DNA of 64,000 bases from Candidatus Woesearchaeota archaeon (GCA_002867475.1 PKTL01000044.1:2157-66156); one strand, 5' to 3'. Positions 40,460 through 51,848 are shown, counted from the stretch's first letter. Translations and numbers: made by a program. Notes: generated from the sequence alone by a model not told the origin.

Positions 40460-41095
40460 ATGACTTCAACAGCTGAAATCACTGAAAAATATATTGAAAA
40501 CCATCCTAGTATAAAGGATTGCTTAAAAAAAGAATTACTTAATTATACTCAATTATCTAAGTTAATAGCCAAGGAGCTTGAAATAAGAAATAAGACAAGC
40601 ATAGAAGCAATACAAATCGCTGCGAGAAGATATATTAGGAAAATAAAAAGTGAAGATATAAATGAGGATAAAATTATTGAGATTCTTAAACAAAGCGAGC
40701 TTGAAATAAAAAATAAGGTAGTAACTATAGTCATAGAAAAATTATATTATCCTGAGAAACTAATAGAAATTGAGTTGAAGATAAAAAAGAACAAAGATTT
40801 ATTTTATTCCATTGAAGGATCTAATGCTATAACAATTGTAACAAATGAGAAATATTTTGAAGAGATAAAAAAGTTATTCTCAAAAAATCTGCTTGAAACG
40901 CATAAAAATTTGATTCTTATAAAATTGAAAAGTCCAAAAATAATCGAAAAGGTTCCAGGAATAGCGGGTTTCATATATTCTAAATTTGCAGAAAATGGGG
41001 TAAATATTATTGAAACTATGAGTTGTTGGACAGATAATTTATTTATAATCGAAGAAGATCATCTATCGGAAGTTATGGGATTTTTGAAATTTTAA
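40460..41095 (+). CDS. ACT-domain putative regulator (COG2150-like), paralog of 15055-15663
   Basis: PGIAGFIYSKFAENGVNIIETMSCWTD aligns with the paralog; N-termini also align. Confidence 0.55.
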   Translation: MTSTAEITEKYIENHPSIKDCLKKELLNYTQLSKLIAKELEIRNKTSIEAIQIAARRYIRKIKSEDINEDKIIEILKQSELEIKNKVVTIVIEKLYYPEKLIEIELKIKKNKDLFYSIEGSNAITIVTNEKYFEEIKKLFSKNLLETHKNLILIKLKSPKIIEKVPGIAGFIYSKFAENGVNIIETMSCWTDNLFIIEEDHLSEVMGFLKF

Positions 41096-41101
41096 TAGTA
41101 A

Positions 41102-41653
41102 TTATTTATACGCTGCATTCAGTATATCTGCCTTTGTAACTATGCCTATAAGTTTTCCTTTCTTAGATACAAGAATAAGAGGATAATGTTTGAGTAGGTG
41201 ACTAGCAACGTCAATACTAGCGGTTACGCTGATCGTTGGGGGGCATTCATTCATGACTTCGGTAATTTTTGTGTCATAGCTTTTAGCTTCAAGTATCGCA
41301 TCTAATATATTGCTTTCACTAACTATTCCTAAGAGGTTATTTTCTTCAATCACAGGCATCTGACTGATGCTATTTTTTCTCATTAGATCAATAGTCTCTT
41401 TCAATGTATTATCTGGCTTGACTGAGATGATTTTTTTTTGCATAACTTCGGATATTTGCTTTTCTTCCTTTTTTTCCAATCTTTCTAGTGTGCTGATTAT
41501 TGCTTTAGCTTTAGTGTATGTTGGGTCAAGAAGGCCGCTTTCAATCTTAGCGATCATGCTTTGGCTAACTCCGCTAAGCTTTGCTAATTCTCCTTGAGTT
41601 AAGTCTAGCTTTTTTCTCCAGTTCTTTATCTCGCTGACATCATGCTCTATCAT
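41102..41653 (-). CDS. XRE-type HTH regulator fused to CBS-domain pair
   Basis: LTQGELAKLSGVSQSMIAKIESG then two CBS-like repeats. Confidence 0.75.
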   Translation of the reverse strand: MIEHDVSEIKNWRKKLDLTQGELAKLSGVSQSMIAKIESGLLDPTYTKAKAIISTLERLEKKEEKQISEVMQKKIISVKPDNTLKETIDLMRKNSISQMPVIEENNLLGIVSESNILDAILEAKSYDTKITEVMNECPPTISVTASIDVASHLLKHYPLILVSKKGKLIGIVTKADILNAAYK

Positions 41654-41735
41654 AAAAAAAGAATAATGTTGAACTATTTATATTCTTTTTGGAATATAGT
41701 TAGGTTTAAATCAAACAAAAATAATTAAGGTTATC

Positions 41736-42110
41736 ATGGATTTTGCAGTGATGGACGATTCTTTAGCAAGAAAAGGAGATTTATTTGTTTACACCCATTG
41801 CCTTATCAATAGTGATGAGCTTCCTGAAGTTCTTGTAATAGTTGGAAACAATAAATCTATCTATGACGAGAAAAAGATTTATGATTTTGTCGAATTGAAT
41901 CTGAGATCTCCTGAATTTTATGCATGCAGTCACTATTTTAGATATAGTGCTATTGTGAATGATTTCATTGATTTTGTCGCATATAATAAAATGCAAAGAG
42001 GGATAAAAAGATTGTTTGATCAAGCGCATAATACTGCTAAGTTTGCTGCGAATAATGAACTTGAAAATATCTTAAACCAAACCCTTATAAATAATGATTC
42101 TAATAATTAA
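41736..42110 (+). CDS. Hypothetical protein
   Basis: 124 aa ORF. Confidence 0.35.
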   Translation: MDFAVMDDSLARKGDLFVYTHCLINSDELPEVLVIVGNNKSIYDEKKIYDFVELNLRSPEFYACSHYFRYSAIVNDFIDFVAYNKMQRGIKRLFDQAHNTAKFAANNELENILNQTLINNDSNN

Positions 42111-42141
42111 ATATCAAATTTAAAGTTGGGAGGTAGATAAA

Positions 42142-42324
42142 ATGGCACTTTTTGGAAGTGGAATCTTAGGACTTATTGCATTAGTCTGTGCAGTATGGAT
42201 AATATATGATGTTATTGTAAATCAGAAAAGGATGTCGACACTACATAAGGTATTATGGATAGTTTTCGGTGTTTTCTTCTCGATAATAACAGCAATAGTA
42301 TATTATTTCGTTGTTAAGAAATAA
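42142..42324 (+). CDS. Small 2-TM membrane protein
   Basis: 60 aa hydrophobic. Confidence 0.35.
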   Translation: MALFGSGILGLIALVCAVWIIYDVIVNQKRMSTLHKVLWIVFGVFFSIITAIVYYFVVKK

Positions 42325-42381
42325 TTCTTTTTTTTCTTTTTTTTAAAACAAGGATTTAAAAATAAATCAAGTTTAATTGTG

Positions 42382-42933
42382 ATGATGAGATTGATAACTG
42401 ATATTAAAGCTATTTTTAGAAATGATCCCGCACTTGATGGTATAATAAAGAAGGTTGAGTTCTTATTATATCCAAGCCTTCACATAATGATATTGCATAG
42501 GTTAATAGCACACCCATTATACTTGCTTAAGATTCCTTTCTTCCCAAGATTAGTATCTCAATTGGCAAGATTCTTGACAGGGATAGAGATTCATCCAGGA
42601 GCAAAGATAGAAGGTGGTTTTTTCATAGATCATGGAATGGGTGTAGTTATAGGTGAAACAACAACCATTGGAAAAAATTGCTCCATATTTCAAGGAGTTA
42701 CATTAGGTGGAACAGGAAAGCACAAAGGAAAAAGACACCCAACAATAGGGGATAATGTTTTGATTGGTGCAAACACAACACTTCTTGGACCAATAGAAGT
42801 TGGAAACAATGTGAATATTGGAGCTGACACATTCATAGTGAACAAGGATGTTCCTTCAAACACAACAGTTGTTGGTTCACCTGGAAAAATAGTTATCGAA
42901 AAAGGAAAGAAAGTAAGTAAGGAATTAAAATGA
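42382..42933 (+). CDS. cysE: Serine O-acetyltransferase (hexapeptide-repeat)
   Basis: [25 protein letters not shown] hexapeptide beta-helix, CysE-like N-terminus. Confidence 0.75.
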   Translation: MMRLITDIKAIFRNDPALDGIIKKVEFLLYPSLHIMILHRLIAHPLYLLKIPFFPRLVSQLARFLTGIEIHPGAKIEGGFFIDHGMGVVIGETTTIGKNCSIFQGVTLGGTGKHKGKRHPTIGDNVLIGANTTLLGPIEVGNNVNIGADTFIVNKDVPSNTTVVGSPGKIVIEKGKKVSKELK

Positions 42934-43754
42934 AATCTTTTGAAGTAGAAAATTTCAATCTAGAGTATACTCTTGAATGTGGCCAATTCTTCAGATACAA
43001 GAAGGTGCGAGATGATGATTTATATTTAGTTAATTATAGGGATATTCTTTTCTTGGTAAGACAAGAAGGAAAACTCCTTAGATATTCAAAGAATGTTGAT
43101 GAAACTTTTGTAAAAAGGTTCTTTAGGTTAGATGATGACATGGAAGAAATCTATGCTGTCATATCATCTGATGATTTCTTAAAAAAAGCAATAGAAAAAT
43201 ACAAGGGACTTAGACTTATAAGGCAAGATCCCTGGGAGTGTATGGTAAGCTATATCTGCAGTTCAGCAAGCAATATTCCAAAGATACAAATGAATATAGA
43301 AAATCTAAGCCAGTTCTTTGGTAGACCAATAGCATGCAAGGAATTTTCTTCATACAGCTTTCCAGATGTCAAAAGCATAAGTAATTTTGAAAACATACAG
43401 CAATCAAAAACAGGTTACAGGGCAAGATACATACATGAAGTAAATGATATAGTAAGTGAAGAATATTTCAATCATTTGAAAAAGTTAGATTATGATAAAT
43501 CAAAATCTGAATTGGTTAAGCTTCCTGGAATAGGTGAAAAGATAGCGGACTGCATATGCTTATTCTCTCTCAATCACTTAGAAGCATTTCCAATTGATAC
43601 ATGGATAGCAAAAGCGATGAAAAAAATATATGGTTTGAAATCAGACAAGTATTCTGACATAGTGGATTTTGCAATCAATAAATGGGGAAAGTATGCTGGT
43701 TACGCACAGCAATATATCTATATGAAGATACGAAACGATGAAACAAGAAAATAG
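42930..43754 (+). CDS. ogg: Ogg1-type 8-oxoguanine DNA glycosylase/lyase
   Basis: HhH-GPD: [18 protein letters not shown]...FPIDTWI. Confidence 0.75.
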   Translation: MKSFEVENFNLEYTLECGQFFRYKKVRDDDLYLVNYRDILFLVRQEGKLLRYSKNVDETFVKRFFRLDDDMEEIYAVISSDDFLKKAIEKYKGLRLIRQDPWECMVSYICSSASNIPKIQMNIENLSQFFGRPIACKEFSSYSFPDVKSISNFENIQQSKTGYRARYIHEVNDIVSEEYFNHLKKLDYDKSKSELVKLPGIGEKIADCICLFSLNHLEAFPIDTWIAKAMKKIYGLKSDKYSDIVDFAINKWGKYAGYAQQYIYMKIRNDETRK

Positions 43755-43755
43755 T

Positions 43756-44247
43756 TTAGGATAATTCTTTTTTCATCTTAACAAGATTCTCTTTAAAACC
43801 CCATTTTTTATAAATTTCTATAGATTTATCATTTCCCTTATACACATCTAATTCTAAATGGTCACATTTTTGTTTAATGAACCATTCAACAAGCTTATTG
43901 TAAAGATTTTTCCCAATCTGGTCATTCCTATTTTTTTCAGATACAAAAAATGAAAGTATGTGTCCTGATCTTTTTTTGATAGTATAAGGTTTTCTTTCGA
44001 CAAAACCTAATATAAATCCTATGGTCTTTGAATCTTTTTCTGCAATCAAAAATTGACTATTTTTTTTATTTTGAAATTCTTCTAGTATTTTTTTTACATA
44101 TGTCTTTTTTTGTGAGTTGGTATAATCATTGAATAATAAAACTTCTTTAGCATATGATTCTCTTGTATAATCAAGAAATTCTTCAATCAAATTTTCAATT
44201 TGTTTTTTATCTTTATCTTTGAATAATCTAATTTTCATAGTGTTCAA
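43756..44247 (-). CDS. GNAT N-acetyltransferase
   Basis: RNDQIGKNLYNKLVEW motif A, 163 aa. Confidence 0.7.
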   Translation of the reverse strand: MNTMKIRLFKDKDKKQIENLIEEFLDYTRESYAKEVLLFNDYTNSQKKTYVKKILEEFQNKKNSQFLIAEKDSKTIGFILGFVERKPYTIKKRSGHILSFFVSEKNRNDQIGKNLYNKLVEWFIKQKCDHLELDVYKGNDKSIEIYKKWGFKENLVKMKKELS

Positions 44248-44320
44248 ATTGAAATATTGATTTATAAATTTTCTTATAGGTTAATAAACTAAAATATTTT
44301 AAATCAGGGATATTATTTTT

Positions 44321-44977
44321 ATGATGATGAAACAAGAAAAGATAATTAGGATATTGAAGATTCTTGAAAAGCAAGACTATGGGGTGAGTATGCTTGCAGG
44401 TTTCGGTGGGCTTGATGCAGATCCTTTCAAGATACTTATTGCTACAGTGCTTTCAGTTCGTGCAAAAGATGAAGCAACAATTCCAATTGTTGAAAAGTTA
44501 TGGGAAAAATATAACACTCCAAAAAAGATAGCTGATGCAAACCCAAAAGATTTAGAAGAGATAATTCGGCCAATCGGTTTTTACAATATCAAAACAAAAA
44601 GGATACAAGATTTATCAAGAAAACTGTTAGATGAGTTCAATGGCAAAGTACCAAGCGAAGAAGAAGAGTTATTATCTTTGCCTGGTGTGGGTAGAAAGGT
44701 AGCAAATTGTGTGCTTGTTTACAGCTTTGATAAGTATGCTGTACCAGTTGACGTGCACGTTCACAGAATCAGTAATAGGCTAGGTTTTGTAACAACAAAT
44801 AATCCTGAAGAAACCGAATTGAAATTGATTGAAACTATTCCAAGAAAGTATTGGAAGATAGTAAACGAGAAAATGGTTTTACTTGGACAAAACATCTGCA
44901 AACCAATAACGCCAATATGTAGTGCTTGCCAATTGAACAAATTATGCGAAAAAAATAATGTCAAGAGATTCCTATAG
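44321..44977 (+). CDS. nth: Endonuclease III
   Basis: LPGVGRKVANCVL HhH, catalytic Asp, C-x6-C-x2-C-x5-C 4Fe-4S cluster. Confidence 0.85.
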   Translation: MMMKQEKIIRILKILEKQDYGVSMLAGFGGLDADPFKILIATVLSVRAKDEATIPIVEKLWEKYNTPKKIADANPKDLEEIIRPIGFYNIKTKRIQDLSRKLLDEFNGKVPSEEEELLSLPGVGRKVANCVLVYSFDKYAVPVDVHVHRISNRLGFVTTNNPEETELKLIETIPRKYWKIVNEKMVLLGQNICKPITPICSACQLNKLCEKNNVKRFL

Positions 44978-45012
44978 AAATATTTATAAAGCATTTTTTT
45001 AATAAGAATATT

Positions 45013-45384
45013 ATGAAACAAATATTATTAGTTGAAGATTCTATGTATACAGCAAATGCTGTAAAGATTTTGCTTGAGTCACAAGATTATAAAGTTAACC
45101 ATCTATCAAATGGTGCTGATGTTCTAAAAGAGGATTTTTCTAATTACTCTCTCATGATTCTTGATCTTATGATGCCTGGGATGTCTGGCTTTGAGGTTTT
45201 TGATGTAGTTACAAAAAATGACGTATCAAAAAATGTTCCTATCCTTATCTTGACTGCAAGAGTTGATAAGGTTGAATGGGATAGTGAATTCAAAAAGAAA
45301 TTAAGAGATTTTGATGATGTCATGAGAAAACCCTTCGATAATCAAGAATTGATCGATAAAGTAAAAGAGATGATATTAGAATAA
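45013..45384 (+). CDS. Standalone response-regulator receiver
   Basis: LMILDLMMPGMSGFEV, LTAR...KP. Confidence 0.8.
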   Translation: MKQILLVEDSMYTANAVKILLESQDYKVNHLSNGADVLKEDFSNYSLMILDLMMPGMSGFEVFDVVTKNDVSKNVPILILTARVDKVEWDSEFKKKLRDFDDVMRKPFDNQELIDKVKEMILE

Positions 45385-45385
45385 T

Positions 45386-47149
45386 ATGAAATTAAAATCC
45401 AAGATTTTTTTTGGCATATTCATCATAATAACAGTTTTCATGCTTTTTTTTGGAATATTATATTATTATGTTGTTGAGGATACTTTCATAAATAAAAAGA
45501 TTGAATCCATGAATATTCTTGTAGATAATTTCGATCTTCAGATAGAATATAGATTAGGTGAGTTAGGCAGGATATCTTCTTTAGTTGAAAAAGACCTTGA
45601 ACTTGATGATGTCTATATGATAGATGAAGTAAAAGATATATTGGGGATGGTACATTCAAATTATGGTTTTTATGAAGATATATATATTCTTAATACTCAT
45701 GGAGAGGTAATATCCTCACTTAATAATGAGTCAGTTCTAGATATGGCAAGAAAGAATATGTTCTATCATGCTTTGATAAGGAATACCTATTTTTCACCAA
45801 TATATCATTTAGAAGGGGGTGATGATCTAGTTTTTGATATGCTTAGGGGGATGGATTGGGGAGACCAAACCTACATATTGGCATTTCAGATTTCTTTCGA
45901 TAAACTTGTCGATTCCTTAAAGTTTGATGACTTTGAAAGAGACATATTGATCTATGATCGTAATGGTATTATTATATATAATAAGGACAAGACTGAGCTT
46001 GGAGCATCAGTCGGTTCAGATATAAAAAATCATGCTTTATCTGATTCTGGCGTTGTCCTTTTCGATAATAAAGGCATTAATAGTATAGGTTATTATTCAA
46101 AAATAACAGATTATGAAGGTTCTGAATTTGCAACGATAATACTTTATGAATCAAAAGATTCATTCTATTCCTTTGTTACAGACATGTATTATAGGCTTCT
46201 TTTTTTCTTTCCCATATTTGGGATATTGATAATCTTATTCTTGAACTTTTTCTTAAGTAAAGAGATCATAATACCTATAGAAGATCTGGTTGAGCATTCT
46301 AAAAGATTATCAACTGGGGACCTTGATCATCCAATAATACTTGATAAAGATGATGAGCTAGGAACATTATCTAAATCATTTGATTATGTAAGGGTTGAAA
46401 TAAAAAAGGACACTTCAAAACTGAAAAAAGCGTTTGAAAGGATGAAGAACATCAATAAAGCAAAAGACGATTTTATTTCCTCCATAACCCATGAGCTTAG
46501 AACTCCTTTGACAATAATAAGATCTCATAATCAACTGATAAAGGACGGTCTTTTAGGAAAGGTAAATTCCAAACAAGCAAATAGTCTTGATATATCCATC
46601 AAGAGTACTGATCATCTTACAAATCTAATAGATAATATTCTTGGATTATCTAGGATGGAAGCACATAAGGAGAATTTTGTATTTAGACAGGTATCTATAA
46701 TGAAATTGCTAAGAAATGTACATAATGAATTTGCGCCATTACTAAAAATGGTGGATGGGGAGTTGAGACTAAAGGGTGTCCATAGTTCAAAACGTATATT
46801 TCTCGATGAAGAAAAGATGACTCAAGTTATGAGGAACCTTATCCATAATTCATTAAAATATAGGGATGAGAAAAGAGATCTAAAAATTGATCTTGATGTT
46901 AAGATAATAAAAGATAAAGTGATGATTGGCATTGAAGATAATGGGATAGGTATCAGTAATTTTGAGTTGAAAAAACTTTTTGATAAGTTCTATCAAGTTG
47001 ACCAGTCACTTACAAGAAAAGTACAAGGACAAGGTCTAGGATTATCGATTGTCAATGAGATAGTGAAAGCTCATAAAGGAAAGATAAATGTTGAAAGCGA
47101 AAAAGGAAAAGGAACAAGATTTATAATAATTCTTCCATTAAAAAATTAA
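45386..47149 (+). CDS. Sensor histidine kinase with extracytoplasmic domain and HAMP
   Basis: ITHELRTPL H-box; N, G1 and G2 boxes (GLGLSIVNEIV). Confidence 0.8.
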   Translation: MKLKSKIFFGIFIIITVFMLFFGILYYYVVEDTFINKKIESMNILVDNFDLQIEYRLGELGRISSLVEKDLELDDVYMIDEVKDILGMVHSNYGFYEDIYILNTHGEVISSLNNESVLDMARKNMFYHALIRNTYFSPIYHLEGGDDLVFDMLRGMDWGDQTYILAFQISFDKLVDSLKFDDFERDILIYDRNGIIIYNKDKTELGASVGSDIKNHALSDSGVVLFDNKGINSIGYYSKITDYEGSEFATIILYESKDSFYSFVTDMYYRLLFFFPIFGILIILFLNFFLSKEIIIPIEDLVEHSKRLSTGDLDHPIILDKDDELGTLSKSFDYVRVEIKKDTSKLKKAFERMKNINKAKDDFISSITHELRTPLTIIRSHNQLIKDGLLGKVNSKQANSLDISIKSTDHLTNLIDNILGLSRMEAHKENFVFRQVSIMKLLRNVHNEFAPLLKMVDGELRLKGVHSSKRIFLDEEKMTQVMRNLIHNSLKYRDEKRDLKIDLDVKIIKDKVMIGIEDNGIGISNFELKKLFDKFYQVDQSLTRKVQGQGLGLSIVNEIVKAHKGKINVESEKGKGTRFIIILPLKN

Positions 47150-48318
47150 TCTTTTATTCTTGCAACACCTGTTTTGATAGCTGCTTCTTTAACCGCTTTT
47201 GCTATCGCGTCAGCTACTCCTTTGTCAAAAGGTCCTGGAACTATCTTTTCAGGGGTTGGTTTCTCAACTAGTTTTGCTAGTCCTTCTGCAGCTGCAACTT
47301 TCATCTCTTCATTAATCTCTGTTGCTCGTACATCAAGTGCTCCTCTAAATATTCCTGGAAAAGCTAGAACATTGTTTATCTGATTAGGAAAATCGCTTCT
47401 TCCAGTTGCAACAACTGCTGCACCTGCATCAAGTGCGTCATTTGGCATAATCTCTGGTGTTGGATTAGCCATAGCAAAAATAATTGGGTCGTCATTCATT
47501 GTTGTAATCATTTCACTAGTTAACACTCCTGGAGCTGACACTCCAATAAAAACATCAGTTTCAACAATTACATCGCTTAAGCTTCCACTTTTATTCTCTT
47601 TATTGGTTATTTCTGCAATCTTTATCTTTACCCTATTAAGATCATCTCTATCTTTTGTTATTGCTCCTTTACTATCACACATCGTGATGTGCTTAGCTCC
47701 ATAATTTAGAAGTATTTTAGCAATCGCTACACCAGCTGCACCTGCACCACTCATAACAATCTTTACATCTTCAATATTCTTTTTTGTAATCTTTAACGCA
47801 TTTATCAGGCCAGCTAAAGTAACTATCGCGGTTCCGTGTTGATCATCATGGAAAACAGGTATGTCCAATTCTTTTTTTAGTCGCTCTTCAATCTCAAAAC
47901 ATCTAGGAGCACTAATATCCTCTAGGTTGATACCTCCAAAACCAGGAGATATTAATTTAACAGTTTCAACAATTTTATCAGGATCTTTACTATCTATACA
48001 TATTGGGTAAGCGTCAACGCCACCAAATTCCTTGAATAAAACTGCTTTTCCTTCCATCACAGGAAGACCAGCACCAGCACCGATGTCACCAAGGCCAAGA
48101 ACAGCGGTTCCATCTGTAACAACAGCAACCATGTTGCCTTTAGCAGTGTAATCATATATTGTTTCGGGGTTCTTTTCTATCTCGAGACAAGGAAAAGCAA
48201 CGCCTGGAGTGTACGCTAAGCTCAAATCTTCCTTATTTTTTAACGGAGTCTTGCTGTTTACTGTAATCTTTCCTTTATGGTCCTTATGAAACTTTAATGC
48301 TTCTTGTGCTTTATCCAT
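47146..48318 (-). CDS. NAD(P)-dependent malic enzyme (short archaeal type)
   Basis: Malic-enzyme NAD-binding [15 protein letters not shown], catalytic region; first ATG at 48318. Confidence 0.85.
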   Translation of the reverse strand: MDKAQEALKFHKDHKGKITVNSKTPLKNKEDLSLAYTPGVAFPCLEIEKNPETIYDYTAKGNMVAVVTDGTAVLGLGDIGAGAGLPVMEGKAVLFKEFGGVDAYPICIDSKDPDKIVETVKLISPGFGGINLEDISAPRCFEIEERLKKELDIPVFHDDQHGTAIVTLAGLINALKITKKNIEDVKIVMSGAGAAGVAIAKILLNYGAKHITMCDSKGAITKDRDDLNRVKIKIAEITNKENKSGSLSDVIVETDVFIGVSAPGVLTSEMITTMNDDPIIFAMANPTPEIMPNDALDAGAAVVATGRSDFPNQINNVLAFPGIFRGALDVRATEINEEMKVAAAEGLAKLVEKPTPEKIVPGPFDKGVADAIAKAVKEAAIKTGVARIKD

Positions 48319-48373
48319 TGTATCACCCAAAAATAGTTTTTGAAAAGAAATGATTGTTTAAATAAATATGGTT

Positions 48374-48562
48374 TTATCTTCTTTTTATCTTTTTGAAGCA
48401 TTCATCACAATACACTTCAGGTTTTCTCGGTCTGAAAGGAAGCTTCACCTTAGCTTTGCATTTTATGCATGTCACAACTGTCCAATCTTTTCTAGCGTTG
48501 CTTTTGCTTCCTTCAAGATCAAAATTTATGTGTTTGTTGTACTTCTTTGAATCATGTCTCAT
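48374..48562 (-). CDS. Basic zinc-ribbon protein
   Basis: CIKCKAK...CDEC, K/R-rich, 62 aa. Confidence 0.45.
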   Translation of the reverse strand: MRHDSKKYNKHINFDLEGSKSNARKDWTVVTCIKCKAKVKLPFRPRKPEVYCDECFKKIKRR

Positions 48563-48614
48563 GATGTATGGGTTATACCTTTATTTTATATATTTGTCCA
48601 TATTACCTGGTCTT

Positions 48615-48965
48615 ATGGGAAACTTAGTGAATATAGAAGATCTATTTTTAGAAAAAAGGATAAAAAATGAGCTCATACAAGCTTTAAATGTTTTAAATCC
48701 TGACTTATCCTATGATGAACTTTTTTTGATGCTTCTCCCAAGAAACGAAGGAAACTATAATGTTATAGGGTATGATTATGAGACAAAAGATATCTGGCCA
48801 TATGCAGAGTATCCTGATAAAAAAGAAGCTCTTGAATCAGCAAGGTCAGCAAACAAATCACGGTTATCAGAACTTATAGATTATAGAAAACATTTTGGAG
48901 ATAAGGATTCACCTAAGATAACAAGTTATTTCGTTTTTGATTCAGCAGGTAACAGATTAAAATGA
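48615..48965 (+). CDS. Hypothetical protein
   Basis: ATG-initiated 116-aa part of track ORF 48393-48965; upstream part overlaps the zinc-ribbon gene. Confidence 0.35.
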   Translation: MGNLVNIEDLFLEKRIKNELIQALNVLNPDLSYDELFLMLLPRNEGNYNVIGYDYETKDIWPYAEYPDKKEALESARSANKSRLSELIDYRKHFGDKDSPKITSYFVFDSAGNRLK

Positions 48966-49033
48966 TATAGTAAAGCTTTATATATAAAAACTTATTTTTA
49001 ATAATTCTAAACCATGTTTAATAGGGGGTTATT

Positions 49034-49726
49034 ATGGTATATAGTGGTATGTATTTGGAAACGGGGCCGGATAAGCTCTACACTTTGATAATAGAAAATG
49101 AGAGGATAAGCCTTTCTGAAGCGGCAAAAGAGCTGAAAACTTCTAAAGATATAGTTGAAGCTTGGGCTGATGCTATTGAAGAATCAGGTGCCATACATAT
49201 CGAAGTTTTACTTTCTGATAAGTTCTTCTTATCATCTGAATTCTCTAAGATAAAGATGATAAACACTAAACGGGTGATGGAATCATTGAAGTTTTCAAAC
49301 GCTACTTATGAAAATAAGCTAAATGAACGAGAAAAAGCACTTGATGCAAGATCAAAAAAAGTAATCAAGGATTTTGAGAAAGCTTCAAACCTGAAAAAAG
49401 AGAATTCTAAGCTTTCAAAAGAGCTTGAAGCAAAGAAAAAAGAACTGAAAACTTGGTTTGAAACACTTGAGAAAAAAGAAGTTTTAGTTAATAAGAAACT
49501 TGAAAAACTAAAGATTAAAGAATTAAAATTAGATCTCAAGATTGAAAAATTGAATGCGTTGAAATCTGAGAAAAAATCTTTTAAGGTTTCACCAGAATAT
49601 TATCAAAAGATCAACAGTTCAGTATTGAAATCAGTAAAGCTCCATGCAGAATCAAAAAGAGAATATAGGGAGCGAGCAATACTTTCAGAATTGGAAGAAA
49701 AATACTTACCTCAATTCTTGAACTAG
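49034..49726 (+). CDS. wHTH-like N-domain plus long K/E-rich coiled-coil protein
   Basis: 230 aa; heptad-rich KELEAKKKELKTWFETLEKK region. Confidence 0.45.
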   Translation: MVYSGMYLETGPDKLYTLIIENERISLSEAAKELKTSKDIVEAWADAIEESGAIHIEVLLSDKFFLSSEFSKIKMINTKRVMESLKFSNATYENKLNEREKALDARSKKVIKDFEKASNLKKENSKLSKELEAKKKELKTWFETLEKKEVLVNKKLEKLKIKELKLDLKIEKLNALKSEKKSFKVSPEYYQKINSSVLKSVKLHAESKREYRERAILSELEEKYLPQFLN

Positions 49727-49777
49727 GTTCATTATTGAATAGTAATCTTTTTAATTAAAATATGTATTCTTCGCTCT

Positions 49778-50437
49778 ATGAATCTAAGAAATTTAGCATT
49801 AGGAACTTTAGCATCTCCTATAATTTTATATGAAGTAGCAAAGGAGATATCTTTGATGTGGGAAGTTGAAAAATATAATAGGTTTTTTTCTGTTGGTGAT
49901 ACTTTAAGATTTCAAAATGATTTCATAGAAAATTATCTCTTAGATATGTCCAAAGATCTCGATCTTGATAAGGATTATACTCATATGATAAACTCATTCA
50001 AAGGAGATGAGTATGGGTATAAAGCAGTTCCGACTTTTCATAAGGTGAAATTGAATTCATTAAGCGAATATGAAAACGGAGATAGTATAATCTTTACTGA
50101 AGCAAAAACGTTATGGAGTCGTGACTTTGATTCTCCAATGTCTGTAGAATTATCCTCAAGGGTTGAAAACTCTAGAAAAATAGGATTAAGATATGTCTTT
50201 TTTAGCGACAAGATGGATGCTGGTGCTCTTGAGCACATAGTTGGTTATGGTGCCAAATATTTTCCTTCTTTTGACAGGATACATCATGAAACCAAATCAG
50301 GATTATATTATTCATTGGATCAATATTTCAATCTAGGAACCTTTTCTTTCGATGGCAAGGATCTAAAGATTTATGGATCAAAACTTGATAATAATCCCAT
50401 CATGAGAGGGTTAGTATTCTCAAAACCTAGAAATTAG
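49778..50437 (+). CDS. Hypothetical protein
   Basis: 219 aa ORF. Confidence 0.45.
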   Translation: MNLRNLALGTLASPIILYEVAKEISLMWEVEKYNRFFSVGDTLRFQNDFIENYLLDMSKDLDLDKDYTHMINSFKGDEYGYKAVPTFHKVKLNSLSEYENGDSIIFTEAKTLWSRDFDSPMSVELSSRVENSRKIGLRYVFFSDKMDAGALEHIVGYGAKYFPSFDRIHHETKSGLYYSLDQYFNLGTFSFDGKDLKIYGSKLDNNPIMRGLVFSKPRN

Positions 50438-51045
50438 AGCAAAGGTATATTTATATTCATATGGTGAAGTAGTAGGTCATATATTATAAATATGAATATG
50501 AAAAGAATTATGAATGTTATAATCTTATATTTTATATGGTGTGATTTGTGATGCGTTCTTTCATCCTTATGTCCATATGACAGGTCTATCAGTTCATCAC
50601 CGAACAATACTGAGAGAAAAGTTCCTATTCCTGAAAGAATAATTATCGTATAGTATGGGAAAGGTTCTATTAGAATTGTATGAAATACTTTCAATATCAA
50701 TGTGTTGTCGTATAATCCTTGATTTATTGCAAATGCGTAGACATTTAATGATATTGCCACTACCCATACGAATATTTCTGAATACACCATTTTTAATCCT
50801 GTAACCATTCTTATGGGAAAATCAAGCAAGACTCCTGCGTCAGCTATAGGTGTGCAAAGAACAAAAAAACTCCATGTAAGAAAACTGACGAGTAATCCTT
50901 TTTCTCCACCGAACTTGATTACTGAGAACGCGATGTAAGATATGAATATTATAAGGATCGCTAGAAACCTAAATGAAGGATGTTCGTGGATCTCGCACTC
51001 GATTGCTTGGAATGCTTTTTTTATCTCTTTAAGATTTGCATGCAT
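50434..51045 (-). CDS. Polytopic membrane protein
   Basis: 203 aa, about 6 TM segments. Confidence 0.5.
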   Translation of the reverse strand: MHANLKEIKKAFQAIECEIHEHPSFRFLAILIIFISYIAFSVIKFGGEKGLLVSFLTWSFFVLCTPIADAGVLLDFPIRMVTGLKMVYSEIFVWVVAISLNVYAFAINQGLYDNTLILKVFHTILIEPFPYYTIIILSGIGTFLSVLFGDELIDLSYGHKDERTHHKSHHIKYKIITFIILFIFIFIIYDLLLHHMNINIPLL

Positions 51046-51085
51046 GAGATATAAGTAGTGGTTTTCCTATAAAAGAATTATTGTT

Positions 51086-51322
51086 CTATAGAAGAGTATC
51101 AAGGTTTATCTCTAGGTCTTCCATTGTTTTTTTCAATAGATTTTTAGAGTCCTCAACACCTTTAAGATATGAATCCTTGCTTAGTTTTTCAATAAAAAAA
51201 TCTAGAATAGTTTCTGCTGCTATTACTCCGATCTCTTCATCTCTTTCATTCTTGAAAAAAAGAATTATCTCATCTATCAATTCTCTTCTTTTCTCTCCAT
51301 CTAAAAAATCGTAACCTTTCAT
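51086..51322 (-). CDS. Hypothetical acidic small protein
   Basis: 78 aa; preferred over S-rich low-complexity plus-strand ORF 51081-51314. Confidence 0.35.
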   Translation of the reverse strand: MKGYDFLDGEKRRELIDEIILFFKNERDEEIGVIAAETILDFFIEKLSKDSYLKGVEDSKNLLKKTMEDLEINLDTLL

Positions 51323-51347
51323 TTTCTGTTTGAATTTCTTTTTATAA

Positions 51348-51848
51348 TTAAATCTTTCTACTGTCGATTGCCCAGTGCAAAAGTGCTTGCCTTTGTCTTC
51401 TTCTACAGTCTAAAGCTTGTTTTGGACAATTCTTTTTCAGTTGAGAAACATGTCGCTGAATTGCTTTCCATCTTTTTATCTGTCTTAAGTCATCATCCGT
51501 TCTTCTGCCCAGATAATACCTGCAGTACCATTGGAACCAACCTCTAGGATCCTCGGGATGGATCCAGTCTTTTTCTTTCCAGTAGGATAATGGCTTGCTT
51601 GCATCTATCTCGAAGAAATTTAGTTTTGGGTCTTTCTTTTTTGGGGATAGTTTCGCGTTTTCAAACCAATCATTTGGAAATTCGTTTCTGCAATCAGTCA
51701 TGTACTTTCCACCAAAAACTCCTAGTTCAAGCATTTCTTTTGGAGTTAGTTCTGGTTTGAAATCAGGATGAAAGTTTTCACCTTCAGGTTCTGTTAGGAA
51801 ATAATGATAACCTTTTTGCATTTTGTCATTGACAATAACTTTTTTCAT
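51348..51848 (-). CDS. Conserved-looking Trp/Cys/Arg-rich hypothetical protein
   Basis: GVFGGKYM, DPRGWFQWYCRYYLGRR, RWKAIQRH, QALLHWAID; start at first ATG (track start 51929). Confidence 0.5.
   Translation of the reverse strand: MKKVIVNDKMQKGYHYFLTEPEGENFHPDFKPELTPKEMLELGVFGGKYMTDCRNEFPNDWFENAKLSPKKKDPKLNFFEIDASKPLSYWKEKDWIHPEDPRGWFQWYCRYYLGRRTDDDLRQIKRWKAIQRHVSQLKKNCPKQALDCRRRQRQALLHWAIDSRKI

Noticed and set aside
48393-48614. 5' part of plus-strand track ORF 48393-48965 overlapping the zinc-ribbon gene
   Set aside because: Antisense overlap with a compact CxxC...CxxC protein; the hydrophobic junk-like N-terminus begins at a non-ATG codon. The downstream ATG at 48615 gives a more plausible independent gene.
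51081-51314. 77-aa plus-strand ORF (Ser/Ile/Phe-rich)
   Set aside because: Low-complexity translation antisense to the acidic 78-aa ORF on the minus strand, which has more protein-like composition.
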